From Candidatus Hydrogenedentota bacterium (GTDB taxonomy: Bacteria; Hydrogenedentota; Hydrogenedentia; Hydrogenedentales; SLHB01), in assembly GCA_963745075.1 (NCBI GenBank), contig CAVUWV010000031.1, forward strand, positions 96,001 through 160,000: DNA of 64,000 nt, given 5' to 3'. The notes beneath the pieces were generated by a model. It had not been told where the DNA came from, ran no database searches, and saw only the letters and a program-made list of their open reading frames with translations. The number at the start of each line of letters is the position of its first letter. Position 1 is the stretch's first letter. The translations under genes were made by a program, and so were the position numbers. This document shows positions 8,769 through 19,042 of the stretch, in pieces.

Positions 8769-9851
8769 TCATTTCGCGGTCGTCTCCGTGGCAACCCAAT
8801 CGGGTTCTTTGTTGCTCTTGCCATCGTGGGTCAGCGTCACGAAGGGGTCCGTTCCCGTGGTGGGACATACACAGATATTCCACCCTTCCGCATCGCACCC
8901 GATCATCTCGGGCGGCAAGCCCAAGCGCTTTTCATGGGGACCGCTACTGAAGGCGATATATTTCCCATCGGGCGACCAGTCGACGTGGTAGATGGCCATG
9001 GGCTCGGGACTCTTCGCGACGGGATGTTCGTTGAGAATCTTGGGTTCTGGTCCGCTCACGTCGAGATCGGCGATGTGCAGATCGAAATCGGTGCGTCCCC
9101 AGGCCAGTTTCTTCGAGTCCGGGCTGAAATCGGGCCGGCAGCCGCCGATGCCAAGGTCGAAGACCTTCATGCCGTCGGCTTCGATCAGCAGGATCGTATG
9201 GTTGTACCCCATGCCGGCATGAACCGTGGCAACGAACCATTTGGAGTCGGGCGACCAGCACAGGTTGTAGAGGTGGTGCAGACCGTGGTTGGGATGTTGC
9301 CGGTGCTCGCCGGTTTCTAGATCGTAGATGAAGACGCCGTTGGTCGCGTAATCCATCAACGTAAAGCGGGGATCGTCGACACGCGCCTCGCCGAGGGAGC
9401 CGGTTGCGGTCTCGACGACGTGGTTCTCGGAGCCGAGGTAGGCGATGGCTTTGCCGTCCGCACGCCAACATGCCTCCCGCGCATGCTTGGCCACGAGCGT
9501 GCGCCCGGTACCGTCCATGTTCATGTAGTAAATGGAACGAAACGCGGCATCCCCTTCGCCTTCATCGACGACAAAGACCACCTTGGTACCGTCGGGCGAC
9601 ACGTGCGGGTACAACTCGTTCACGTCGGGGGAATTAGTCAGATTCTTTACGCCGGTTCCGTCCGCGTTCATCATGAACAAGTCCCAGTTTCCGGTGCAGT
9701 GGCTCTCGTAGACGATGCGAGCCGGGTACGCCTGAAGCGTCGTCAGCAGCGCCGTCGTCTGCTCCTCGGTTGCCGGGCCACCCTGGGCGAAGGCCGGGAA
9801 TACGTAGAGCGCAATACACCCCAGCACCACGATTAGCGTACGTTTCCTCAT
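8769..9851 (-). CDS. Secreted TolB-like / PD40 beta-propeller protein
   Basis: Signal peptide MRKRTLIVV...AFA; repeated SPDG/WSPD motifs (VSPDGTK, WSPDSK, FSPDSK, WSPDGK), WDLFMMNADG. Confidence 0.82.
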   Translation of the reverse strand: MRKRTLIVVLGCIALYVFPAFAQGGPATEEQTTALLTTLQAYPARIVYESHCTGNWDLFMMNADGTGVKNLTNSPDVNELYPHVSPDGTKVVFVVDEGEGDAAFRSIYYMNMDGTGRTLVAKHAREACWRADGKAIAYLGSENHVVETATGSLGEARVDDPRFTLMDYATNGVFIYDLETGEHRQHPNHGLHHLYNLCWSPDSKWFVATVHAGMGYNHTILLIEADGMKVFDLGIGGCRPDFSPDSKKLAWGRTDFDLHIADLDVSGPEPKILNEHPVAKSPEPMAIYHVDWSPDGKYIAFSSGPHEKRLGLPPEMIGCDAEGWNICVCPTTGTDPFVTLTHDGKSNKEPDWVATETTAK

Positions 9852-10054
9852 GTATCCACTCCCATGCTTGGTCTGACGTGCCGGGTTTGAGCGGCAGTCC
9901 GAATTGGAAGGACTCGCGGGCATCAACCGGTAAAGGGTAGACCATTCTCGCGGCACAGTGCCAATCGGCCTCCGACATCCCGAGCGCTCGACCGCGACGT
10001 AGGCACGGCGAGTCTTGAAAGGACAGTGACGTTCGGCTGAACCGTGCATCATGC

Positions 10055-10157
10055 TCGGGATCGGGATCGGGATCGAAATCGCTATCGGGATCGAAAGCAG
10101 AACCGAAGGGCGTTGTACTTTCCATTTCGATCCCGATCCCGATTTCGATGCCGATTT
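10055..10157. repeat. Two inverted arrays of degenerate TCGGGA/TCGAAA hexamers
   Basis: Seven hexamers at 10055-10096 facing five reverse-complement hexamers at 10125-10154. Confidence 0.75.
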
Positions 10158-10283
10158 GGAGATTGATATACGTCTCAACTGACCGCAACGGTTCTTCTGC
10201 GAATCGCAGCGCCTGCGTCACGGTCGGGCGCTATCGGGATGACGGGCGCGTAGGTCTTGGGATGAATCCTTGCAATGCGCTCG

Positions 10284-11834
10284 CTACTCCCTCGCTGCCG
10301 CGAAACTATACAGTTCACCGCCGTCTTCCACCGTAAACCGAAGCCGGAATGGGCCTTGTTCACCCGGAATCCGGTGTCGCAGCGAATCGCCATGCAGCTC
10401 TTTCATGTGAAGCACGGAACCGTCGAGAGCGAGAACTTCGACGGTTACCGGACCGACGGCGTTGACCGTTAGGGCAGGCGCAGACGAAATCAGGGGCCTC
10501 GTCGTCAACGTCCCCGCGTCTACGGACACGAATCCGTCGGGTCGCAGCCGGGCCCGAAAGATTCCGCCGCCACTGATGCGTTTGTTGTCGCCGGCATTCT
10601 TGCCGTAGGAGGAGGCGCCGTAGTAGTAGATCAACTCGTCGCCGATTCGAAGCGGTCCCTGGGAGAACTCAGTCATGTAACCGCCGTCGTTGCGTCCGTT
10701 GTTGCCGCCTTCTAATCCGTTTGCCAGCCATACTTCGTCTACGCCGTCCTGATTAGGATACGATACCTTCGACCACTTCAATCCGTCGCGGCTGGAAACC
10801 AGCTTGAGAAACGCGCACCCGTTGGCTGACCACGGATAGTCGTCGGCGTGGTGATAGATCTTCAGTTCACCGAGCCATAGCGAACCGTATCGCCACGCGG
10901 CGGAGGCGTAATACTCGTCGGCGGGGAGATCGCCGTTGCGTTTTTCGCCCGCGGGCATCAATTCAATCGCCCCGATCGTGTCCGTATCGATGGGCGTATC
11001 CAGCCGGTCAAGCCATTTGTACGCGCGACTGCGCAGACGATTGCCGTTGGGAAGCGCGTCGACGGCGTAGAACTTGAAGATACCGAGGAATCGGCCCGTC
11101 TGCGTGTCGTGCGAGAAGAGCGTCACGTCGCCCGGCCCTTGCATCAGATGACCGTTAACCTCCATTCGGCGGGCACTGGGATCGTCTTTCCCGGCAACGC
11201 CGTTGACGACCATCGGGCCTCGTTCCCAGGTAATCCCGTCGCGGGATTGCATGTAATACACGCCTTCGCGTTCGTCGCCCCAGTTGGCGAAATGCTGCCA
11301 ACCCTTGTACGGCCATTTGGGGTCGGACGCGTCGTAGAAACAGGAGAACATATCGAGATACGTGGCTCGTTCACCGCTCGCCGGATCCAGCAGGTCGTCC
11401 GAGGTCCGGGGCAGAACGCACTGTGGCGTGCCGTCGTCGCCCTTCGTCCACTGCATTCCGTCCGGCGACGTGAATCGGTACAAACGGACGCAGTCCCAGG
11501 GTCGCTTCGACTTCCACTGCGGGGAGAACCCGATGCAGTACATGACGTACCGCTGCAGCTTGGCGTCGTAGACGATGGTTCCGTTTGCTTCGAGCGTACA
11601 GGGAAAGTCCTCGAATTCATCCACGAGGGCGATAACCGGCTCTTCGCCGCCGTTTTCCTTTTGCGGCGAGTGCAGCGTGCGCCTCAGGTTGTGGCTCTCC
11701 GCGATTAGATAATCGTCAACGAATAGTTGTGCGACACCGGATTCAAGTTGGATGGGTTCGTCGGCAGATACCGATCGTAAAGTTGTGACTGCAACAAGGA
11801 TCGCGACGCAAGTAGTCTTCGACAGTCGATACAT
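10284..11834 (-). CDS. Secreted hypothetical protein, probable five-bladed beta-propeller glycoside-hydrolase-like
   Basis: Signal peptide; QLFVDDYL start, Asp-box-like SPDGMQW, SRDGITW, SRDGLKW; ARLRPDGFVS near the C-terminus. Confidence 0.65.
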   Translation of the reverse strand: MYRLSKTTCVAILVAVTTLRSVSADEPIQLESGVAQLFVDDYLIAESHNLRRTLHSPQKENGGEEPVIALVDEFEDFPCTLEANGTIVYDAKLQRYVMYCIGFSPQWKSKRPWDCVRLYRFTSPDGMQWTKGDDGTPQCVLPRTSDDLLDPASGERATYLDMFSCFYDASDPKWPYKGWQHFANWGDEREGVYYMQSRDGITWERGPMVVNGVAGKDDPSARRMEVNGHLMQGPGDVTLFSHDTQTGRFLGIFKFYAVDALPNGNRLRSRAYKWLDRLDTPIDTDTIGAIELMPAGEKRNGDLPADEYYASAAWRYGSLWLGELKIYHHADDYPWSANGCAFLKLVSSRDGLKWSKVSYPNQDGVDEVWLANGLEGGNNGRNDGGYMTEFSQGPLRIGDELIYYYGASSYGKNAGDNKRISGGGIFRARLRPDGFVSVDAGTLTTRPLISSAPALTVNAVGPVTVEVLALDGSVLHMKELHGDSLRHRIPGEQGPFRLRFTVEDGGELYSFAAARE

Positions 11835-11908
11835 ATTACGTTGCTCTCTACGCCATTCTTCGACTTCGCGGGTCGGTTCGAAAAGGAGCGCGGGCGAGAT
11901 CCTCCCTC

Positions 11909-13969
11909 TTACCGACTGAACGAATAGGCGCGATCCGGATCGTGAACGGACAGATACAGGTTCCAACCGCCGCCGAGATTCTCGACTTTGACGAGAATCG
12001 CGTTCGCGCCTTCGTGGACTGGAACGGTGACTTCCGCGTCGTGTTTCGAGCCGGACCGGGGCACGTGCTCCGAATACACGAGACTCCCGTTCACCCACAT
12101 GCGCGCTCCGTCGTTGCTGCCGATGCTTAACTTGGCCTCACCATCTTTGGGAGCGATGAGATTGCATTTCGCGTAGGCGACGACGTTGTCCGTCGTGGCG
12201 AAGAGGGTGCGCAAATCCAGCAGACCCGCGATGTCGCCATCGGCGGGCCGCCAGGGTGCGGGTCCGTCGAGCGTGTCGAATACGGGCTCGGGATCCTGCT
12301 CGGTTTCCGGCGGGTATACACGTTCAAATCCGGGCGGCATGGCGCGTTCGTCCTCGGGATTCGCCTCCAGCGCGAAGGGGCCGGTCACCAGCCACGACCG
12401 ATTGTATTGCCAGGGGTCGTCCTTGGCGGGCGCGTCGCCCAGACCCGGGATGTTGTGCAGGCCGTACGGAGAAATCAGATAGCCCTGCAGGTTCGCGGGA
12501 ATCGCTTCGCGCCGGTCTTCCGCAAACTGCATGACGGTCGCCAGGAGCCCGCGGCAGTCCCGCATGACCTCCCGCCATGCCTGAAAGGCCGCGAGCGGAT
12601 CGCCGTGCACCGTCGCCGCAGCACACCGTTCCTGCGCGCGCATGGTATCCATCACGGCCGAATCCGACTGATACAGGTTATCCAGGCCTAACTGCCAGAC
12701 CACGCCGCACACTTTGCGCGTTTGTGCGACGGCCGCGGGAAGCATCAACTCGTTCAACTGGCCCGGAATCGCCGCGACTCCGGCGCGAAGGGCTTGCTCC
12801 ACATCCGCACTCGGATTCACGAGAATGAAACCGGCGAGTTCCAGGCGGGGAACGGTCACGTCAATCGTTCCGGTTTCCTTACCCGGGGACACGCTGCACT
12901 CCACAATATCCGGCGTCGCGATCAGCATGGCCCTGGCCGGAGCATTGCCGTCCCACGGGCAGGTGATCGTCACGTTCTCGATGACGCCTTCATCGACGTA
13001 ATTATTGTAGAACGGCCTGAACAGTGCAGCGGAAATCACCGTCGACCCTTCGTAGGAGAAGGCCGTCGCGTTCAGGTCCGGGTCGGAACAGAATAGGTTG
13101 AAGGTTGGTGTACCTGCCGCAAGGTGATCGCTAACCAAGCGAACCTCCCGGCAGGTCAGGCCCACCTCCCCGGCCAATTCCGGCAACCGGTGCAATTCGT
13201 GGTGGGCGAAGAAGAGCAGTCCCCGAACCCCGCGATTGACGGCGGCGAAGGCCAAGAGCCGGACTTGCTCGGGATCGGGTATCGGCCCGGGCCCTTCGGC
13301 GCCGACCTGAAGGAAGCGGCCGGTGCGTCCCCACATGAAGTTCTGGACCCAGGTCCACAGCGGATCGCCGACGAAGGCCCGCTGTTTGTCGAAGAACGCG
13401 AGGTAGTCGTCGTACGAATCGTCGGGAATCGGGTAGTTGTACTGGCAGCGAATATCGATGTACTGCGTGAAAGTCGTCCTGGCTTCGGGCGTTTCGTCGG
13501 CGATGTAGTCGGCGACGGTGGGGATGTCCGGCGTGTGCTCCCGCAGGATTGACACGGTCTGTTCGATGCCTTCCAGGTGGCGCATGGTGATGTCATCGCC
13601 CACGTACCACGTCAACAGGTTGGGTTCTGACGCCAGCTTCGCGATGGAACGAACCGCGTCCGGCGCCCACGGCGTCACGCCGGCGCCGCCGTAGGAGAGG
13701 TACGGCACGACCTGGATCCCGAGTTCGTCGCAGCGGCGCATGAAACCGCGAAACTGCTCCACCGCTTCGTCGGTGCTTGGTCCCCCCTGGAAACTGGTGT
13801 TCATGCCGAGACGCGCAATGTCTTCCGGGGTCGTGCTTGAAAAATTCCAACTCCCCAAGGGGTAGAACGGTTTACCGTCCACAAGCAGAACGCCGTCGCG
13901 AATTTCCCCGGCGCTTGCCAGCGTTACCGCCAACGCGATTATCATTACCGCCGCGTTCAACCTGCGCAT
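11909..13969 (-). CDS. Secreted hypothetical protein: N-terminal GH-like TIM barrel plus C-terminal PA14-like domain
   Basis: GGAG RBS, signal peptide, LLVDGKPFYPLG, WYVGDD; C-terminal WLVTGPF...VVAYA...IGSNDGARMWVNG. Confidence 0.65.
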   Translation of the reverse strand: MRRLNAAVMIIALAVTLASAGEIRDGVLLVDGKPFYPLGSWNFSSTTPEDIARLGMNTSFQGGPSTDEAVEQFRGFMRRCDELGIQVVPYLSYGGAGVTPWAPDAVRSIAKLASEPNLLTWYVGDDITMRHLEGIEQTVSILREHTPDIPTVADYIADETPEARTTFTQYIDIRCQYNYPIPDDSYDDYLAFFDKQRAFVGDPLWTWVQNFMWGRTGRFLQVGAEGPGPIPDPEQVRLLAFAAVNRGVRGLLFFAHHELHRLPELAGEVGLTCREVRLVSDHLAAGTPTFNLFCSDPDLNATAFSYEGSTVISAALFRPFYNNYVDEGVIENVTITCPWDGNAPARAMLIATPDIVECSVSPGKETGTIDVTVPRLELAGFILVNPSADVEQALRAGVAAIPGQLNELMLPAAVAQTRKVCGVVWQLGLDNLYQSDSAVMDTMRAQERCAAATVHGDPLAAFQAWREVMRDCRGLLATVMQFAEDRREAIPANLQGYLISPYGLHNIPGLGDAPAKDDPWQYNRSWLVTGPFALEANPEDERAMPPGFERVYPPETEQDPEPVFDTLDGPAPWRPADGDIAGLLDLRTLFATTDNVVAYAKCNLIAPKDGEAKLSIGSNDGARMWVNGSLVYSEHVPRSGSKHDAEVTVPVHEGANAILVKVENLGGGWNLYLSVHDPDRAYSFSR

Positions 13970-13993
13970 GGTGTGACTCCTCCCCGTTTGAAG

Positions 13994-14816
13994 CTACTTC
14001 GTATCGTGTTGCGGACCGCCGAGCGCGGGATCGATAACGAAATCCAGCGCCGCTCGCGCATCTTCGGGCCGCGAGGTGTGGCCCATGTCTTCGCGATATA
14101 TCAGCAGCACCGGACGTCCCATCTTCTTCAGCACATCAGCCAGCCGCATCACGCTATCGGGCGGGACGGTTGCGTCCTTCCCGGAAGCGGTAATCGCGAC
14201 GGGCATGGTAAACCGTTCCGGCCAGTACTCCGCACTTCGGTTCTTGTATTCCATCGGGATTTCCTGTTTGGTCCCGCCGAACGAAGCCCGGATCGCGTCC
14301 TGAAAATTGTCGTACTCCAAGTGGTTGGCGGTACCGTTCATGGCGGCGACGCCCGCGATGAGGTCCGGATGAAGGGCCGTGAAGGTCAGCGACGACGAGG
14401 CGCCCATGGACCCGCCGCATAGGAAGATCTTGTCCACGTGGAAATCCTTGCGTACCCTCTCGATGATTTGCAGGAGGTCCGATTCGGCCTTCGGGCCCAT
14501 CCAGGAACGTCTTGGCCCGGTAATCGGGCAGAATCAGGATCAGGTCGCGGTCGACGGCCTCGTCCCGCGCTGCTAGTCCGGTCGGGGTCGTACCTCCGGA
14601 GAACTGCCACCGATCCGATCCGTGGCCGTGCAGAGCAATGAGCACGTTGTGGGTCTTGTTCGCGTCGAAGCCATTGGGGAGCATTCGCACGTAGTGTTCG
14701 GTGCTGCCGTCGCAGGTTGCCTTAAACGACACGTCCTCGACCGTGAGCCGTGGATCGGTTTCGGCCAGCGCGATTGCAGTTAGCGCCAGGACAAGGAATA
14801 CGATCCGAAGTCGCAT
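13994..14816 (-). CDS. Secreted alpha/beta hydrolase (one apparent frameshift at ~14506)
   Basis: IALHGHGS in the 5' frame and GGSMG nucleophile, D and GH motifs in the 3' frame. Removing one A at 14506/7 restores YRAKTSWMGPKAE. Confidence 0.75.
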
Positions 14817-14934
14817 TACGCACGGCCTCCCCATCGAGGTTTGTAAAGAACATAGATTAACAGTGACTCAGCGCGAACGCCAAACGGGTATCGCGTTGGT
14901 ATCCGGCGCGGCATTGAGGCAGCGGTACGCCGAA

Positions 14935-15939
14935 CTACCGCGTGACGGGCGCGGATAGACCTTTTTCCACGCTACGTTTGGCGCGAATCGCCAGTAGTTC
15001 CCGGACGAGGGTATTCGCATTCTCGGGCGTAATACCCAATGGGCCGCAATATACTTCCGGCTCGAAGTGTTTGCTGGCGTGGGCGAGGCCGTGGTTGTCC
15101 GTCGACACCGTAAACTGCACCCCGGCTTCCACAAGCGGCCGAATGTCGGCGATGACGGCCTCGCGCACAACCGGGTCGTCCCAATACTTCGTGATTCCGT
15201 GGGAAATCTCGATATAGATGGATTTTCCGGCGAGGAGGCGGGCCACGTCCTCCTGTTCACCTGGCTGGAAGAAACGGTAGTCATCAACGGACAAGTCGCC
15301 TACGGTCTTGCCTTGTTTCTGTGCGTCACGTTGAATCCGCTCGATTCGCATGGAAAATGGATGGAAGACGATCATCGGGACCGGGAATTCCTCCTGCGCG
15401 GCGGTAATTTGCTCGATGCGATGGATCAACGTCTTGCCGCAGGGGGGAACCTCGGTATTGGGTGACATGTGCCAACCAATCACTTCCGGTAACCGCATGG
15501 CCTCCCGGTCGAGTCCTTCGTCCAACTCGAACTCACCGATCTCCCATCCACTGAAGACAATAACGTCTTCACGGTTGCGCAATTGCGCCACGTCATCCAT
15601 GAAGGCGGTCATCCCCGCGCGGCCTGCGGAGTACCACTCCTTAAACCCCTTCTCCTTGGCCCAGGCCGTCTGCTCTTCGGCCGTTCTGTCGTACAATTCA
15701 CGATGGTCGAGAGCGACGAGGACCTTGCGACCATCCGACACCGCCAGATCGATCCACTGGTCCATCGGGACCGGTCGTTCCTTGCCGCAATGGAGGTGCA
15801 TGTCCATTTCGTGGAGCGCAGACAGACCGGACTCAAGTCCACAACCAATCGGTGCTGCAGCGGATTGCGTTGGCCGATCGTCGGCACGCCCAATTGCCGC
15901 CAGCGCAAGGAATAGAAGAACCACTCGACACGTCATCAT
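14935..15939 (-). CDS. Secreted PHP-domain-like metallohydrolase
   Basis: DMHLH, ALDH, GWE, FHP and STDNH metal-binding pattern; ATGA overlap with the upstream stop. Confidence 0.7.
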   Translation of the reverse strand: MMTCRVVLLFLALAAIGRADDRPTQSAAAPIGCGLESGLSALHEMDMHLHCGKERPVPMDQWIDLAVSDGRKVLVALDHRELYDRTAEEQTAWAKEKGFKEWYSAGRAGMTAFMDDVAQLRNREDVIVFSGWEIGEFELDEGLDREAMRLPEVIGWHMSPNTEVPPCGKTLIHRIEQITAAQEEFPVPMIVFHPFSMRIERIQRDAQKQGKTVGDLSVDDYRFFQPGEQEDVARLLAGKSIYIEISHGITKYWDDPVVREAVIADIRPLVEAGVQFTVSTDNHGLAHASKHFEPEVYCGPLGITPENANTLVRELLAIRAKRSVEKGLSAPVTR

Positions 15940-16574
15940 GATCGCACTCCTGACAAAGGTCTTTCGAAGAAGTAGATGAGCAATGCCACGACGATTGCTC
16001 CAACCGTGTTGGACACCAGGTCCCACCCCGTATTGACGTAACCGCCCACGTTTGTTTCCGGGACTAACAGCGTCGCGGCGAATTCGACGACTTCATTGAG
16101 CGCGCCGAAGCCGAGTCCCGCGGCAGCGGACAAGACCATCATCCCGAATGTGGGCTGCACGGTGTCCTTGTAGGAGCGCAGGATCGCGCGCAGCCCCTGC
16201 CAACAGACCCACGTGGTGGTGCCGAATCCGTAAGCATGGACGATATGGTCGTATTTCAGCCGTCCGGGAATGAGCCAGAGACTGTAGAGCACGCGGTTCT
16301 CGCCGTTGACGGGCCACCCCTCCGGTACGATCACGAGCCCCCCCATCATGTGCGCGAGGCCCCAGATGCTGAGCGCCCACAACGCGCCGGAACTCAGTTG
16401 AACCCGCCGGTGTACGGCGAGCACGGCGCCCATCAAGAGGACTACGACACCGATGTAGAAGATGAATTCCTGGTTGCCCCGCAGCACCGCAGCGATAGCA
16501 GAAAGTACCAAATATGCCACCGTAAAAATGCCGACGGGTACAAGGGACACCGATTTGGGGGATCTTTCAGCCAT
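15936..16574 (-). CDS. DUF2238 / YjdF-like integral membrane protein
   Basis: Several TM segments; YDHIVHAYG, NEVVEF, GGYVNTGWDL motifs. Confidence 0.75.
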   Translation of the reverse strand: MAERSPKSVSLVPVGIFTVAYLVLSAIAAVLRGNQEFIFYIGVVVLLMGAVLAVHRRVQLSSGALWALSIWGLAHMMGGLVIVPEGWPVNGENRVLYSLWLIPGRLKYDHIVHAYGFGTTTWVCWQGLRAILRSYKDTVQPTFGMMVLSAAAGLGFGALNEVVEFAATLLVPETNVGGYVNTGWDLVSNTVGAIVVALLIYFFERPLSGVRS

Positions 16575-16611
16575 ACCCGGTTCCTTATCGCGTGTACGAT
16601 TGGCGACCCAC

Positions 16612-17820
16612 TCAGTCGCCTTCCATCACCCACGCTTCGTTGAAATGAACGTATTTGATGGTTTGCACATTATAACTGTATGTCGCGTGCAGCGTGCCGT
16701 CCTTGCCTTGTACGATCGAGGGATAGTCGAAGCGGCCGTCTGGCGCGTTCTCGAGATGGCGCGTCCATTTCCAGGTTTCACCACGATCGTCGGACAGGGA
16801 CACGGCGAGTTTGCTCCGGGGACCGTCCTCAACGTCGTTGTAAACCAGCAAGAGGCGCCCGCTCTTCAGAAGCAGCGCTTCAAGCCCCGAATCCGGGTTG
16901 GGTCGATCGGTGGCGGTGACCGGTCCCCAGGTCACGCCGCCGTCGCTCGAAATGCTTCGTTTAATCCGGTGCTCCGGACCGCCGTTCCGGAAGTAGCCCT
17001 GAATCTCGCCGTCGGGAAACTCGACCAGTGATGGCTGTGTCAGGCCCGCGCCGGGGACGAGTTCGGAAAAGGTCCAGGTTTCCCCGCCATCCGTTGTGAT
17101 CGCCATACATGGGATCGAGAAATTCTCGTTAGATAAGGGCACGACGACCGCGCCGTCCGATCGCACGAGCGGATGGGCGCGGGGCATCCATCCCAATCGC
17201 TGTATCAGGGGATTCTGGAACCTCTGAGCAATCCGCGCCTTCATTTGGGTTACCTGTTCCTCCGTCCAGCCGCCATCCCGGGTCATGGAATCAAGGAAGG
17301 TATCGACCTTGGAACGAAGGTCCACATGCGGGATCAGAATGTCTGACTTTTGCCACACCGGAGGTCCGGACGCATCGTAGTCAGTCGAGACGCGGTACCG
17401 GACCAAGGCGCTGCCCCAGGTCCAGTCCGGCACCCCCATCAGCGTGGGATAGATCAGCCAAAGCCGCTCCTCCCGATCAACGACCATGCAGGGATTATTG
17501 TCCGACACGCCGAACGTGTCCGCCATGACGAACGGCGTTTCCCATTTTGCCGCTCCGGCCGGACGCCGCGCGCCGCCGATGCGGACGTTGTCGCTCTTAT
17601 CGCGGTCTTTCGCATAGTAGGTATCCGGGAGCGGCGCACCGTTTTCATACCAGACGGCGCGCAGATCCCCGTTTGGGCATTCGACAATGCAGGACGCGTG
17701 GACGTGCCCGTGGTCCGCAACTTCCGGGTCGAAAATGAACGCGCTTTCCAAATAGGGTTGTTCGGCGGCCGCCGCGATTATCGCGATTGGCACGAGGCTC
17801 GCTGTCAATAGAATCTTCAT
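16612..17820 (-). CDS. Secreted BNR-repeat sialidase-family (GH33-like) protein
   Basis: Asp boxes TTDGGETW, SSDGGVTW, SDDRGETW; HASCIVE, QPSLV, PNPDSG, YPSIVQ. Confidence 0.82.
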   Translation of the reverse strand: MKILLTASLVPIAIIAAAAEQPYLESAFIFDPEVADHGHVHASCIVECPNGDLRAVWYENGAPLPDTYYAKDRDKSDNVRIGGARRPAGAAKWETPFVMADTFGVSDNNPCMVVDREERLWLIYPTLMGVPDWTWGSALVRYRVSTDYDASGPPVWQKSDILIPHVDLRSKVDTFLDSMTRDGGWTEEQVTQMKARIAQRFQNPLIQRLGWMPRAHPLVRSDGAVVVPLSNENFSIPCMAITTDGGETWTFSELVPGAGLTQPSLVEFPDGEIQGYFRNGGPEHRIKRSISSDGGVTWGPVTATDRPNPDSGLEALLLKSGRLLLVYNDVEDGPRSKLAVSLSDDRGETWKWTRHLENAPDGRFDYPSIVQGKDGTLHATYSYNVQTIKYVHFNEAWVMEGD

Positions 17821-17959
17821 GTTTGATTCCTTTCCGGAAGTGTAGCTCCGGCATGGATTCTACCCAATCGCGCCCGGGCCAAACACCCCAGGTGAAACCT
17901 CGACCGATTCTGTGCCATAATCCATGGAATTTGGGGTCCCTGAAACTGGGAGTTGAATT

Positions 17960-18916
17960 ATGAGAGCTACTATTGTTGTTTTACTTTCGATTACGTTTTT
18001 ATGGATATCCGCGCTGGCGCAGGAAGAAACCTACGCAGAGAAATTGGGCTGGCCCACGGGGGCCCGTGTGCTGATGATTCACGCCGATGACGGCGGCATG
18101 TCGCATGCCTCGAATCTGGGAATCATCTCCTCGTTGGAGGCCGGAACCGTCACGTCGGTCAGCATCATGATGCCGTGCTCGTGGGTACCGGAGTTTGCCG
18201 CGTACGTAAAGGCGCATCCACAAGTCGACGCCGGCGTTCATCTCACGTATACGGCCGAGTGGGATCCATACCGGTGGGCTCCGGTCGCGGGTCGCAGCGT
18301 CGTACCGGGTCTGGTCGATGCCATGGGATACATGCACGACAACGTCGGGGAAGTGGTCCAACACGCCACGCCGGACGAAGTCGAAACGGAACTGCGCGCG
18401 CAGATTGCGCTCGCGGAGAAGATGGGAATCCCGATCACGCATATTGATTCGCACATGGGAACGCTCTTTGCGAAACCGGAGTACTTTGAGCGCTACATGA
18501 AGGTCAGTATCGAGAAACACATCCCGCTGCTGGTAGCAGGCGGCCGCGGTGCAATTGTGCAGAAAGAAGATGCGGAATCGTACGAGCGATTGCAGCCCTT
18601 CGTGAAGCAGATTTGGGATGCGGGCCTTCCCGTTCTCGATGACATCGATACCCGGAGTTACTCCTGGAAGACGGCCGACAAGACGGCCGATTACGTCGCC
18701 ATGATCCGCGACCTGAAGCCGGGCATCACCTGGTTCAATTGTCACCCCACCGCGCCGACGGAAGAGGCGAAGACCATTACGAACAACCGTGAGTTGCTCT
18801 GGGGAGACTACAACGCGCTGAAGGACCCCGCGGTGAAAAAGGCGATTGAAGAAGAAGGGATCATTCTGACAACCTGGCGCGAACTCCAAGAGCGTCGCGA
18901 CGCGTTGGGGAAATAG
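17960..18916 (+). CDS. ChbG/YdjC-family carbohydrate deacetylase (secreted)
   Basis: IHADDGGM, GVHLT, HIDSHMG motifs; signal peptide. Confidence 0.88.
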   Translation: MRATIVVLLSITFLWISALAQEETYAEKLGWPTGARVLMIHADDGGMSHASNLGIISSLEAGTVTSVSIMMPCSWVPEFAAYVKAHPQVDAGVHLTYTAEWDPYRWAPVAGRSVVPGLVDAMGYMHDNVGEVVQHATPDEVETELRAQIALAEKMGIPITHIDSHMGTLFAKPEYFERYMKVSIEKHIPLLVAGGRGAIVQKEDAESYERLQPFVKQIWDAGLPVLDDIDTRSYSWKTADKTADYVAMIRDLKPGITWFNCHPTAPTEEAKTITNNRELLWGDYNALKDPAVKKAIEEEGIILTTWRELQERRDALGK

Positions 18917-19042
18917 CGGCAAACGCCGTTGCGCGTTTCGCCTTTCTTTGCGAGAATGGGGTGAATGGGGCTCCTGTAAATTGAACATTGAATGTACAAT
19001 TTGCAGGAGCTATAACTCCGAGCCCGGCCCGGAATCGGCGTG

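Noticed and set aside
8521..8898. Long N-terminal extension of the FGE ORF given in the ORF track
   Set aside because: It translates the inverted-repeat element and overlaps the upstream gene; the lipoprotein signal lies after it.
10055..10157. CRISPR array
   Set aside because: Units are 6 nt with no unique spacers and no cas genes; no CRISPR-like array seen anywhere in the window.
9852..10178. N-terminal extension of the TolB-like ORF (SKSASKSGSG, IPIAISIPIPIP)
   Set aside because: Low-complexity translation of the hexamer repeats; the signal peptide starts at 9851.
1778..18916. Genomic island integrated at tRNA-His
   Set aside because: I found no duplicated tRNA 3' end (att site), no adjacent integrase and no obvious compositional shift.
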